A stretch of 64,000 bases of DNA from the human T2T-CHM13v2.0 reference genome, Homo sapiens, in the NCBI RefSeq assembly GCF_009914755.1, contig NC_060934.1; one strand, written 5' to 3'. This document shows, in pieces, positions 1 through 28,086 of this stretch. The notes below the pieces were generated by a model, which searched no databases, was not told the origin of the DNA, and was given only the letters and a program-made list of their open reading frames with translations. A program made the position numbers and the translations under genes. Position 1 is the stretch's first letter. Each line of letters starts with the position of its first letter.

Positions 1-140
1 GAACAACCTGAACCTCTCTGGCCTCAGCTCCTCCTTTGTAAGATAAGGATAATAGCAGCTGCCTTTTCTGGTTGTTGCGAATAGAAAGAGGGAACACTTA
101 GGAAGAGAGGTAAATGCTCAGCAAGTGTCGATCATTAGTA
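1..140 (+). mobile_element. MIR SINE fragment
   Basis: aacctctctggcctcagctcctcctttgtaagataaggataatagc resembles the MIR core (AACCTCTCTGAGCCTCAGTTTCCTCATCTGTAAAATGGGGATAATA). Confidence 0.6.
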
Positions 141-2124
141 TGATTCTCACTCAGCAGAGAGCCAGGCATTGCTATTTACCTCTAAACTGTTAGGAAATCA
201 AGCCAAATGTGGAAAATTCACTGATACCCAGGATCCCTAAGGGGCATTGTCTTTTAGTTGCAAGAGTGGATATTCAAATGGCAAACGCTAAGAGGACATT
301 TCTCCTACAGAATAACTTTGTGATCATTTCCAAAGGAAAAAGAAATTCTAAGATTCCTCGTCTTCCAGGCCCAGAATTTAGGTCATAAGTTTATCTCACT
401 GAAGTGCAGGAAGGCACATTTTCAACAGGGAGGAAGAAGTCCGATCCCAGAGACTTCACGAAGCTTGTCTGTGGGAGTGCAATAATAAAGGTGCTTATGT
501 GAGACTTTTCATCATCAATTGAAGAATTTTCAGCAGCCAAACATTGAAGCCATACTCAGAGTATTAGGCTGAATTTATTGAAGATTATTTGTTTTCTTTT
601 TTGATGTTGCCCATGCAGCATTGCAAATAATAGAATCTCATTGTTAAACACAGCTCATTATTTTCTTCAATGAGCTAGAATCCAAGTTATGAGTAATGGG
701 TTAGTAGTGAGTTCACAGGCATGCAGAAGAATAAAAAAGAAAAAAGGATCTAAAAGAATACTATTAGCATTAATTACGTCTGTGCATTTCCCATTTGCAG
801 AGACTTACTATAAAATATTTCTTTTTTTCATTTTTCCTAATCGGATTGCCTACTAGATTTATAATCATAGAAGAGCTGTTTAGAAACGAATTCCTTATAC
901 AAGAGAAAATTCTAATTCTGAAAAATAACTATCTGGGATGTGTTATTTTATCTTTCTTGACTTATGAATGTGGTTATTGATCTCTAAATGGAATTTCCAA
1001 ATCAGTGACTTTTATAAAAATATGATATACTGTGGAAAGAGGTAGAAATAAGAAGCAGGAGGGAGGGAAAGGAAAAGACAATTTGCAGAATAAACTTGAA
1101 CAATAACTTTAATGGTCTTCATCCATCCCTATAAATCAACAAATCATTTTCCCACAGGTCAGACTGTTACAGTAGAATTTGGACTCATTCTGCTCATTTT
1201 GGAGATGGTTACAAGTGCTCGGACTGGTGCCATGTTATGCATTTGGAAGAATGATTGCATTATAAAACCCATTCCAAGCTTCCCACTGTTTCAGCAATGG
1301 AAATAGTGAAGAATGTTTGGACTGATTTAAAATGTGAAGATCTAATTCCAGTATTGTAGAAGCTTTCTGCCACTCAAACATTCCCCCAAATAAGTCTCAG
1401 TTGTGTGCCTAATTAAATTCTGATGTTAGGTAAAAAAAAAAAAAAGGAATCATTTTTTCTAATTTTAAGTAGCAACTTGCATATAGCTCATAGAACTAGT
1501 CAATATTTAAATTACACCATTATTAAAACGCTAGGCTTAGCACCTAGCAGAAACTAACCAACTTCTATGGAATAGATCTGGGGACTCCATTTCCAGAAGT
1601 GTGGCTGATTAGATACCCTAAGTGACCCTCATGACTAAAAATAAAAAAAAAAAAAGATTAAATGTTGAAAGAACATTAATTTAAATGCATTACTGAGCTG
1701 GCACCAAATTAAGAAATGTGCAGAGCCCCAAAGGGAATGAACACATGAATCTTGGAAGGTAGGCTAGTGTAAGAGTCCACTTATGTCCCCAAAGTGTGGC
1801 TGAACCCTGGAGATGCTAAGTGTCTTCTTTGATAACTACATAGAGTTCAGAGGACAAAAGATTAACCTTAGGGTCTGCCCAAAGGGGGATCTCATAGGAG
1901 ACCCCATAATTATCTGGACTGCTAAAGGCCATAGTCCTAAAGCAAGGATGAACGAGCAGTAAACCCTGATATTCAGAAGGAGGCAGAAAGAAAACTTGCT
2001 TGTCTCTACGCTGAACTGGAGGTGGGGAAAAATAAATCCCTTTCCTCCTTCTGAGAATTCGAAAGCACAAGCCAGCAGTCTAAATTCACGCTTCCTGAGT
2101 GGCACAGAAAAACTCAACCTGGAA

Positions 2125-2256
2125 GGCTCACACCTGTAATCCCAGCACTTTGGGAGGTGAAGGCAGGAGGATCTCTTGAGACCAGGAGTTTGAGACCAGC
2201 CTGGACAAGATAGCAAAACTCGTCTCTACAAAAATAAAAAGTAAAATAAAATAAAA
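2125..2256 (+). mobile_element. Alu left monomer (FLAM-like)
   Basis: ggctcacacctgtaatcccagcactttgggagg...cgtctctacaaaaataaaaag with no right arm. Confidence 0.85.
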
Positions 2257-2682
2257 TGGTTCCAGGTTGGTGACTGAGAAGGAGGGGCAGATCCTCTCTA
2301 GAAGAACACCGCTTCAACTTAGGCCTCAACGAATTCCCACATAGAAAATCTTCCAGAACAATCAGGCAAAATTCACTAACATTCAAGGAAAACAGACATC
2401 ACTGATGAAATTCATCAGGAAAAAAAAAACAAGAAATAAACTCACAAATACCTTATATATTGGACATATCAGGCACAGAATAACTTGTTTAATATGTTTA
2501 AAGTTGATATAATAATTGAAATTGAAAATTCAGTGGACTTTCTTTATAACAGATAAGACATGACTGATAAGAAAAACGGTAATGAGAGATAAATCCAAAG
2601 GAATGAATAAAATCTGGAGAATAAAGGATGGGAAACATGAAAGAGAGGCTAAGGTGCAAGAGGGATAAAGTTAGAAGGTTCA

Positions 2683-3164
<482 letters not shown>

Positions 3165-3269
3165 CTAATGGCAGCCAGAGAAAAAGACAGATCACTTACA
3201 AAGAAGTGCAATTACATTAGCTGATGATTTCTAAACAGTGATAGCTGGAGGAAAGGTGGAAGTCCATGA

Positions 3270-3545
3270 CTTTCATCAGTATAAATTGTTTTTGCCTGTG
3301 ATTGAACTCCATGTAAATGAGATCACACACTATGTAATTTTTTTCTGTTTATTTCTGTCAACATTGTGTCTGTGAAATTCATCCCTGTGGTTACATCTAA
3401 CAGTAGTTGGTATTTTCTTTTCTTTCTATGGAGTATCCCATTTCATGAATATACTATAATTTATGTATTTTTATCATACTGCTGATGGGCATTTGAGTTA
3501 TTTCCAGAATTTTGCCATTATGAATACTATTATTCTATGACTCTG
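3270..3545 (-). mobile_element. L1ME-type 3' UTR fragment
   Basis: ccatgtaaatgagatcacacactatgt...gatgggcatttgagttatttccag...ttatgaatact typical of old L1 3' UTR antisense. Confidence 0.6.
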
Positions 3546-3627
3546 TTCTTTTTCTTTTTTTTTTTAAAGTGTGTCTTACACGTCCTGCAATGTCGTGAAC
3601 TTTTTCCCCATAGAAAACTAATAAAGA

Positions 3628-3908
<281 letters not shown>

Positions 3909-5379
3909 TTAACAAAACACCATTCTTATAACATTGACTTGATTTCACATCCAGGAAGTTCAAACCCTTAATAACATACCTCACTGCATTCTTGCTGTGG
4001 TTTAATGATTACTTTTTTCAACTCTTATTCCCTTGAAATTTTTTAGCAAAAGCTAATGTAGGGTTTTGTGTGTGATTCCCACGCCAGTTTACTAGAGTGT
4101 GTGAAAAACCACACCTTGTCCACATTAAGAAAGTAAAAGGCAGTCAACTTTAGACTCTAATCGAAGCAAACTTAAAAGCATACAACGGTGCATGGAAAGC
4201 AAGTAGTGAGTACCTGCTGATTAAGAGAAGACAAAGAAGAAAAAACATGTGCACAATACCTCTAAGTTTAGGTCTTTTCTAAATAGCCACAGTTTTGTAC
4301 AATCCCTATGTATGTTTTGCTACATTTGCAAATCCCTTCTGGCTGCATGATGCGTTTTCCCATCATGATCTCAAAACCAGCATTATCGTTCTTGCCTGCC
4401 CTTTCCATAGCCTTCAGTGCTGGGCTGTGCCTGACCTGCTTGCAGCTGAAGTGTTTCATACTGTCCTATCACCTTTCTTCAGTTGTTGTCTGCGTGTGTA
4501 CTAACTCCCTAACTAGAGTGTAAATGTAATGATTATCCCTACAGACTCTTGAGTCCCTCCCAAAGTACCTATCATTTCTCACAATAACCAGATAACCTGC
4601 ATGTGATAAGGTAAAAGGTAAAGGAACGTTGATCAGAGTCAAGAATTTCCAGGCTGAGACATAATCCACATCATTAAGTTCTCATGATAAGCAAAAGTCT
4701 CAAGGAACTAGTTGAGGTAGAGAGGAGAGTGATTCTACTTCATATATGTTATATATACAAGCAATCTCAAGGCAATAGTCTAACTAATCATTGAAATTTA
4801 GGAAAGGCCCCCACCTACGGCATGTTTAATGGCAAGTTTCTGCCAAGCATGTGATTTTATGGTTGCTTAATAGAGCATTAAAAATTGAGGTTTATGTATC
4901 AAGTCTGACACAGTATTGTCTACACTATAGAAAGAATAGCACCATAAGTAAAAGTAGCCTGGAAAATGGCAGTGATATACTCATGCCATTAAAGATCAGC
5001 ATACCTCCTGGCTTTTATTTAGGAGGCTAAAGCTGGAGATTTTTAGCATTAATAAAGACAGTGTAGTAACCATAGAAACATAGCATTTATTAATTTCCAT
5101 AGTAAAGAAAGCAATTCCTTCCATGGAATGATTTGAGGTGCTCTAGCAAGTACTTCTGCCTAAAGAGCTCTCCTATAGGTCTGAACTATTTAAAGCAAAG
5201 GGAATTCTCTAAAATAATACACAACCCATTTAATAAGAGGCATGGCAATTTTGATTGAAAGTTAAAATATACCTACTATAAATAAATGTAGAAATATGAT
5301 GGCAATGGGCTAAACAATCCATAGTAAAAAGGGAAAACAGCAAAGGACAAAATCAATATTCAGATTGCAAGGAAAAGGA

Positions 5380-5489
5380 AAACTGACATTTATTGAAAGT
5401 CTACTCTTTGTCAGACACTTGTTATACTTCATTTCATTTAATCCTCATGACCATCCTTTAAGTATATATACATTTATTTCCATCATTTT

Positions 5490-5490
<1 letters not shown>
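5380..5490 (-). mobile_element. MIR fragment
   Basis: acatttattgaaagtctactctttgtcagacac...catttaatcctcatgaccatcc. Confidence 0.6.
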
Positions 5491-9575
<4,085 letters not shown>

Positions 9576-9981
9576 AACATGCAGGGGTGGAATGGGGTTG
9601 GGGGATGGGTGGGTAAATGTTTATCCTACTTAAAGCTTTTAGTATTTCTTAAATTTGTGGCTTGTTTTGTTGGCTTTGGAAACATGTTTATTATTATTTC
9701 AATACTGCATTTATCTCATTTCCCCACCCCCTGTCATTCTGGAAGGACCTTCTGAACATGCCCCATATGGTTTTTACACTGCATTTCTACTCTTCTTGTT
9801 CTCTGTGCTCAAATCTGGTTATTTTCTACTAATACAACTTCCAATTTACTAATTCCTTCTTCAGTTGTATTTATGATAAAGTACATCTAGTTACAGCTTA
9901 TCATATTTTTTAGTTTTTGAATTTTTATTTGATTTTCTTTTAGATTTAATAGTCCAATACATTTTTCCATATTGATTTTAA

Positions 9982-10287
<306 letters not shown>

Positions 10288-10374
10288 TAATACATTATTT
10301 TAAAGTACATGTCTGATAACCCTGATATCTAAGTCATGAATGTGTCCTATTTTTTTGGTATGCCTGGTATTATT

Positions 10375-13674
<3,300 letters not shown>

Positions 13675-13831
13675 TAATGAGGACATCTTGATGTTAAAAA
13701 CTGATGGCTTTGGATGCTGTCATTATTCTCTAGTGAGAATTTATTGATCTTCTGTGAGGCATCTAGAATGGAGTCGGATTGGTTGGAGCCAATAACAAAT
13801 TCAGTTAACTTAAGGTAGAGTTGTAATCTTT

Positions 13832-14103
13832 TTGTAAATTGACATATAGTAACTGTGCATATTTATGGGGTACAGTGTGATGTTTTGGTACACGTATACA
13901 CTGGTAATAATCAAGTCATGGTAATTAGCATATCCATAAAAAAGGACAAAATCTTGTTATTTGTCACAACATGGTGAGCGTGGAGGACATTATGTTAAGT
14001 GAAATAAGCCAGGCAGAGAAAGACAAATATCACATGATCTCACTCATACACGGAATCTTAAAAAATTGATCTCATAGAAGTAGAGAGTAGAACAGTAGTT
14101 ACC
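13832..14103 (-). mobile_element. Short L1MA-type 3' fragment with internal inversion (13832-13937 minus, 13934-14103 plus)
   Basis: L1MA 3' end antisense (atttatggggtacagtgtgatg) joined through ccat to sense 3' UTR (ggaggacattatgttaagtgaaataagccagg); decayed TSD agagttgtaatcttt / agggtcataatgttt. Confidence 0.8.
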
Positions 14104-14349
14104 AGGGTCATAATGTTTATAAAGATTAGTTTGTCTCCATGGTGATGTAGCCTCCAGGGTGTTATAGCCTCCAGGGATCTCAACTGACAGCTTGGGTATT
14201 CACTACCTCCCCTGACTCCTTTGAGGGTTTCTGAAACCCAACTTTTGTCCCCCAAGGACCAAGAGACTGCCGAAAATTCCATTCTGCATTTCAGTTGCCT
14301 CTGCTTAGTTTCCTGAATTTGCTCTGTATTCCTTAAGATTCATTAAATG

Positions 14350-21268
<6,919 letters not shown>

Positions 21269-23714
21269 AGTCAATCAGAGGTTGTGACTCTCCACCTAAA
21301 GAGTTGATGGTATTTGTTAAAAATTGGTGTATATATATATAAGATTCATATTTTTAAAAAACCAACACATTCTGAAACGTAGATCAGCAGGGAGAAAATA
21401 CACATAAGAATCCGAGCTAGGATTTTTTTAAACCTTCAAGGTATGAATTTTAAAGTTTATACAAAGCCCCTTTTAAAAAGGTAAGATTTCATCAACACTG
21501 TATTTTAGTAAATTTCAATGTATTATTTATCAATTGATAAGTCATGGGCTATTTGTTCTTCTGTGTCCTATCATATAAGATTGTTTTAGAAGGATATTTG
21601 ATAAAAATAAAATGTGGCTGGGCAACAAATGAATTCATTATATTGAAGGTGAATACATGTCTATATTTTAGAATAGATGATTTAAACCAAACATGACAGT
21701 ATGGAAATTAACATTTGTTTTTTTTCTCACTACAGAGAATACTGAACAGTGGTATTCTCAAGTCTTATTTCCCAGCTACAATAACATGAATAGATATTGA
21801 TATAGCCTATTATCTCAGCAATAATGCATATTACAACAAGTGATTACTCATTAGCAGGAAAATGTTTCTCCAGGGCTTAATTTAGAATGCCTGAAATGAA
21901 ATAACAAAATCTCAGTCTTGGAAGTATCCTCTGTATAGTTATTGTTTAGGGAAACTTTTATTGCTTCACAACAGTTTAAGATCCTTAATTGGCCGGGTCT
22001 TTGAAATGAAAGCATGTGGTGAAGTACCAAGGTCTTGGACAGCTAATGTGAATGAACATATGCAATACTGTAAACGAGGCTTCTTGGAATTATTGGCAGG
22101 TTTTGATTCAGATGTAGAAGAAGATGTAGCTATCTCTTTCATTCTCAGTGATTGCCCTAAGGCTTTCTGGATAGCCTGCTGCCTTAGCAACTTTCACCCA
22201 TGCCTCAGGATTCTATGTGCAGATAGAATTTGGACATGGATGGGTTAATCCACTAAACTCTACTCTTGCATGATCAGGATGCAGTCAAACATCAATTTAG
22301 GCAGACTGAGTTGAGGCTGGGTTGAGATGCAAAACCTGGCTGATTCAATGCCTGAGAGCAAGTTGTCCTAGAAAATTTCAGTACTGGGGGAGCTAAATCT
22401 ACTTTACATATTTGACAAGCATCAGAGGAGTGTGATTCTACAAGTTCTTGTGATACAACGGTAAGCTTCCAATTTTGAAAATACAGAGGCAAGGAGGAGT
22501 TCAGGTGTTCAGGACTAAGATAAGGATGCAGGTCTGGAACTTCTGAGTCCCAAGGGAAAACCTGATCAAAAAGCATAAGGTAAGAATACATTTACCACAT
22601 ACAGGCATGCTAGGTCAGAGTAGGTGCTAGCACAGGGATGACTTGATGCTAAGCCCCCAAACTGATACCTAAAGATTTTCTATATTTTCCCTGACCAGAA
22701 ATGCAATTGATCATGGAGTCTGGGACAGAGCTGAATCTCCAGATAGTCACTATATGGTTCCAGCTGTGGGACAGGAGAGCTTTAGGAGCAGGGAATTTCC
22801 AGGTCATTATACCCTTCTATACTTTAGGGCCTTTTTCATGGACTTATTTATCCTTTTTCAAGCAGCTTAATTTTTAGAAATTGATCATAATCTGAAGGCA
22901 GTTTTTGCCTTGATTACCAGGTATCTTTTTTGTGATCACTAATGGATGCCCAGAGCTGGAGCGGAGACCTAGGTATCCTCTTCCTGGAACGGCTGCAGCT
23001 GTGCTTAGGTCTTACAGATGGCCCAGGGCCCTGGGTTTTTCCTTCTGAGCTTCCTTTAAATCTGCTGACTGAGGACTGAGTAATGGCTGGATATGTCCAC
23101 GACTGAACTAAAATCTCCACCCTTCCAAAACACGAAAATAAATTTCCTTAATGGAACTGCTGGCTAGAGGAAAAGCATCTATAGACTTTTGACTTGTACT
23201 TCTCTCCAAAGCTTTTTTCTATGATTCCAAACTCCAGGCTCTCAGTAAATTGCTTAATTATTTGGAAAGGTGCTGAGCCAGCAGCAGGTAGCCTTACTGA
23301 GCCCAGATCTAACCACACTGCAGTAGTATGTTGCCCCCATTTCCTAAGCAAGTCTACTGAAATGTAGACCACTCACTCAGATAAACACATCTCTCGTGTT
23401 CAGCCTCCTTAGTGCAGAATAACAGGATTTTGCTTAGAAAGTAAAGGTACAGGCAAGCGAGGAGAGCCTGGAACTCAATGACTAGACACATGAAACACAA
23501 AAAGCATGATCTTGTGGGCAGGTGAGGATAAGCATCTTCCACTGCCGGTGAAGAGAAGTCCAGCAAAAGAGTGGATCTGATGTTCAGTTGATAGACACAA
23601 ACAGCAGGAAGTCAAGAGTAGCACAGTGTAGGGGGAAAAGAGTGATCTTTAGGTTTTTGCAAACTCTAAATAAAATTTTAATACTTCCATTGATTATCCA
23701 TTCATTCATCCATC

Positions 23715-23806
23715 ATATATATATATATGTGTATGTGTGTGTGTATATATATATATGTGTATATATATACACACACACATACACATATATATGTATATAC
23801 ACACAC
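23715..23806. repeat. Compound (TA)/(TG)/(CA) microsatellite within an antisense L2 3' end
   Basis: Alternating purine-pyrimidine tract; flanks ttcattcatcca and aatatttactacaacctactatgtgttccagtgctg are L2-like. Confidence 0.9.
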
Positions 23807-23949
23807 CACCATGCCCAACTAATTTCATTCATCCAATATTTACTACAACCTACTATGTGTTCCAGTGCTGTCCCAGACATATACCAAGTTCAACGTCTGT
23901 CAGAGGAGCCTGGTTTTCTAGGCAGAGGTCAGAAAAGGATGAAATAAAG

Positions 23950-24225
23950 AAACTGCCATTTGTTAAGTATCTCTTACGTGCTAGGCACTTTCATATTGAT
24001 GATTTAATTTAACCATCAAAACAATCCTGTGGATATTATTATCTCCAGTTCTGAAGAATGACAAGGAAAACATGTTTCATGGATGCAGAATAAAGAGGAA
24101 TCAAACCAGAGAAAAGACAGGCATTCATGTGACCTAAACAAGGAACAACTTCTCAGTCTCTGTTTACTTATCTGTGAAACCTGTCTGGAGGATTAGTTGT
24201 AAAGAGGAGATTGCATTAAGGAGCA
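23950..24225. mobile_element. Two MIR fragments (minus about 23950-24065, plus about 24125-24225)
   Basis: catttgttaagtatctcttacgtgctaggcact...tttaaccatcaaaacaatcc; tgtgacctaaacaagg...tctcagtctctgtttacttatctgtgaaa. Confidence 0.55.
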
Positions 24226-24692
24226 AATATGCCAGTCTTTCCATGGGCTTTCACACCTGGGGAGGGTTGGTAAGTGTGTGTATTCCAAATGCCCATCAGA
24301 AATCTTACAGGAGGATGCCTAGGGAGGTTGGCAGAGGGCCCGAATGACAGTCTTGGCAGGATGACATACAGCAATCCTGGCTGGGAAGTGCTGATACCGG
24401 ACACCCTAGCCATAGGTAACATGGCTTAAGAAATCTAGGGCTCAGCCCCCATTCTGGAGGGACCTGGAAAACCAAGGCCGGAGTGAATGGAAACCGGGAG
24501 ATTGGTCATAAGCACAAAGCAGAAGCTGGTCACTCTATCTGAGGTTAGGGAAGAACTGGTCAGATGACAAGAGCACTGCTGCATTTCAGCAGGGCCTGTA
24601 GCATCAGCCCCCTGCATGGAGAAAGTCATTGTCAGAAGTCATTGCTCCCCCATTCCCATCTCTAGGAGTTATGACTCTCAGTTCTTCCTTCC

Positions 24693-24911
24693 ATGACTCA
24701 GCAACTACTCAGTTCTTTCCACCTGTCTCAGACTTGCTTCTCAGATCCCAAGGGCTGACCCTCTGTGTCCCTGATGCTGTCTTCTCCCAGCTGATGTCAG
24801 CTTGGTTCATAGTAAGCTCACTGGGTGCTGAGTCATCCAATGTCAAAGGCCCTTTGATCTGCCCACCAGACCTGGGGAAGGCTGAGTCACCAGACCTGGG
24901 GAAGGCTGAGT
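24693..24911. promoter_or_regulatory. Candidate NRF2/NF-E2/BACH-small MAF (ARE/MARE) enhancer cluster
   Basis: ATGACTCAGCA (24693-24703), TGCTGAGTCAT (24826-24836), GCTGAGTCAC (24881-24890), C-MARE-like AGCTGATGTCAGCT (24789-24802); motif evidence only. Confidence 0.55.
24864..24911 (+). repeat. Perfect 24-bp tandem duplication
   Basis: caccagacctggggaaggctgagt x2. Confidence 0.97.
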
Positions 24912-25029
24912 CTGCCAGTGGACTAAGTGGTCCCAGATGGGGAAGGAAATGACTGCAGACACAGAGCACCAGGCACTTCCTTCGGGGACCTCCACCCTTC
25001 ACAGAACATGGTCAATCCTTGTTGCTGTC

Positions 25030-25089
<60 letters not shown>
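25030..25089. repeat. (CT)n(CA)n compound microsatellite
   Basis: Directly visible. Confidence 0.97.
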
Positions 25090-25090
<1 letters not shown>

Positions 25091-25765
25091 CATTCTCTCT
25101 CCAAACAAGTTATGGATATGGTATAAAGGTACCTTGATGACATTGCTCCATAGGAGAAACCATGCTTGGCTTCTGAATATTATGACTGTTTCCTTCTCAT
25201 GAGTGAATGAAGGTGAGCGCAGCATAGAACTTAAAAATAGGACTTTCTCCGACTCTTGCTCACCAATTATACAATAATTGAAGAGCAGAGAAGAAAGTTT
25301 GTTTTGTTGCCACATAATTCATATAATAGGGTCTGGATTACATGACAGAATTGTTACATTTCTCCTGGTTTGAACCCCTACCCAGAATCCATCCTGGGAA
25401 ATTCTCTTCCTTGAACACCCAGCAGGTTTGCACTAATTTGTTGCTTGAACCCATGGCCACAAAACTTCAGCAGAAAAGGTTTTTATCTATGAGAACAGAA
25501 AGAAATATGCATGTAGAGATGAGAATGTGTCAATAATAGAGTATTTGAGTGAGTAGATTTGGGGAGAGAAATTATTAAAATGTTATGAAGAATTCCATTT
25601 TTCATTGAGAGCATCATTTGCCATATCTCTGAATTCAAGTTCTTCCACTCAATCATAACTTAGATAAACCTTTCCCTCATCATCTCTGTAACTAATAATT
25701 TCTTCCTTCTCAGAACTCCCAAAAGCTCTCTTACATTTCTCTCGTATCACAGTCATTACTTCGTA

Positions 25766-26928
25766 CTGGGGTAAATCCAAGTTATGTGGGGCTTGAAGCT
25801 TAAACAATTTGGGGGGACCTCTTTAGGGAAAATAATTGGAAGTGATTAATACAAAATTAGGCATGAAAATGAATATTTATTTAGAATTGGAAAAGTATCT
25901 GTAGTTCTAGCTTGTAAGGAGGCTGGGGTGGGAGGATCACTTGAGCCCAGGAGTTCGAGGCTGAAGTGAGTTGTGATTGCACCACTGCAGTTTAGCCTAG
26001 GCGACAGAGCGAGACTCTGCTTCTGAACAACAACAACAACAATAACAACAACAACAACAAAGAAATTACAACGAAGTTTTGAAAAAGTTAACAGATACAA
26101 CAGACATTCCACAATCTAAACAAATAACATTTGTATTAGTCAACTACCTACCACAGTTACTTAACTAATATTTTCTGTACAGGACATGGAAAGATAGTTC
26201 AGTCTTCCATAATGGTCATAATTTTTTACTGTCAATAATTGGAATGAATAAAAGATACAACTTCACATACAGATGCACTTATTCTTTGAAATACTGCTAC
26301 AGGTTTGTGCCCTAGAAATCCACACATTCTATTATTTTGTGTAATTACCAACAAAAAGAAAACAAACGGATAGAGCATGTGTAATTGGAACTGCTTATGC
26401 TGTGTTATTGAAAGTATTCCTGAAGTCAGAGAATTCTGGGGTTTTTTCAGAGAATTGTTTTGACCAGGCACTGATGGGAACGAAATCCACTGTTCAGTTT
26501 TATATGTCTGATTAGAAGCATTGTTCCACAGACTAGCTCCTGGCTCCATGCACTTCAAACCTTGTGTCTCCTCCAGCACTCACCTACTTCCTGTGCTGGG
26601 TGCAATAACTTTTTGGTTGACAGCAAAATATCTGTGAGCCCCAGACATGTATTTCAATAAACTCAACTGAATGTGTCTTCAATAACTTTGCCTTTTTTGG
26701 ACCTCAAAAATGTCCTTGGCCATTCTAACAGTAGGGAAAGTCAGAGGAAAAAGAGACAGCAGTTTAACTGAAGATTTTTTAAAAAAATTTCACTTTTGCA
26801 AATTTTACCAGAATACATGACCACATAAGTATATGTATAGGGTCTCTCCCAGAGTGTTGGAAGGGGCCCATGTAAGTGAGGGGCACCGATGCTCGAGTTT
26901 TATTTGCTTCATGGAAAATCTGCCTCTG
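25766..26928. mobile_element. hAT-Tip100 DNA transposon fossil (Zaphod/MER115-like)
   Basis: Ends ctggggtaaatccaagttatgtggggcttgaagcttaaacaatttggggggacc and ggaaggggcccatgtaagtgagggg...gcttcatggaaaatctgcctctg resemble the family termini; family name from memory. Confidence 0.6.
25897..26062 (+). mobile_element. Old Alu monomer (FRAM/AluJ right arm) with (AAC)n tail
   Basis: gggaggatcacttgagcccaggagttcgaggctg...gagcgagactctg then aacaacaac. Confidence 0.85.
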
Positions 26929-27639
26929 CATTTACTTTCTATTATAATAATTTATGTACTCATATAATTATGCCTACTATATTTGAGAGCATTTTTACAT
27001 TTCCAGTTCCAGATAGAGTTCTTTTTACGTGGAAGCTGCTCAGTAAATTTTGTTGCGTTAACTAAGAAATTCATATACATTAAGGGGCAAGTGCAGTTAC
27101 ACGATCTCTCTCCCCACATGACTAAGTGTGCAGAGGAATTCCATGCTGTCCACCTCAAGGAAAATCACAGTTGTGTTTCTCCTTAGAAAGGGCACCAGTC
27201 AGTAGCTTTGGTCTTGAGTTTTTCTGGAATCCCAGGAGTTTTTTCCCACCAGTCTCAATAAGGTCAGAGACTTCTTGGTGAGGATTTCTGAAAGGATCAT
27301 AAATTTATTAGTTGAAATAAAACTAACAGTATTTTGTCACTATGATTTAAAATAATAATTATAAGAAGAGATTGGTTAAATTGTTACATCTATAAAATGG
27401 AATACATTATTAAAATGCATGCAATGGAATATTTCTTTTGAAATGGAAAAGCATTCGTAGTATCCCATCAAGTGGATAATAATGCTCCACTTCAAAACCC
27501 TCACCAGTTCAAACCTCTACAACCAGTTTGTTGTTGTTGTTCCAGCGTGCCTGCTCAAGAACCCCATGGCACTCTCTTCTGCAATTTCAGTGGTACTTCC
27601 ACTCATCTCCCCACTTTCTACTTCCCTCCTATCCAGGTT

Positions 27640-27703
27640 GGATTCCATGGTCCATTACCCCAACTACTCTCGGATTCCGTGGTCCATTACTCCAACTACT
27701 CTC
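27640..27703 (+). repeat. 32-bp tandem duplication (2 mismatches)
   Basis: ggattccatggtccattaccccaactactctc / ggattccgtggtccattactccaactactctc. Confidence 0.95.
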
Positions 27704-27769
27704 TTGCAAATACTCTAAACTCCCTTGGCCCCTCCTTGTACCTTTGCTCTTTTGAAAATATTTACTTTA

Positions 27770-28086
<317 letters not shown>

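Noticed and set aside
21961-22248. 95-aa ORF with protein-like composition
   Set aside because: Non-ATG start, no recognisable family and no partner exons.
24864-27703. Short direct repeats as a CRISPR-like array
   Set aside because: Only two adjacent copies each, no spacers, eukaryotic context; simple tandem duplications.
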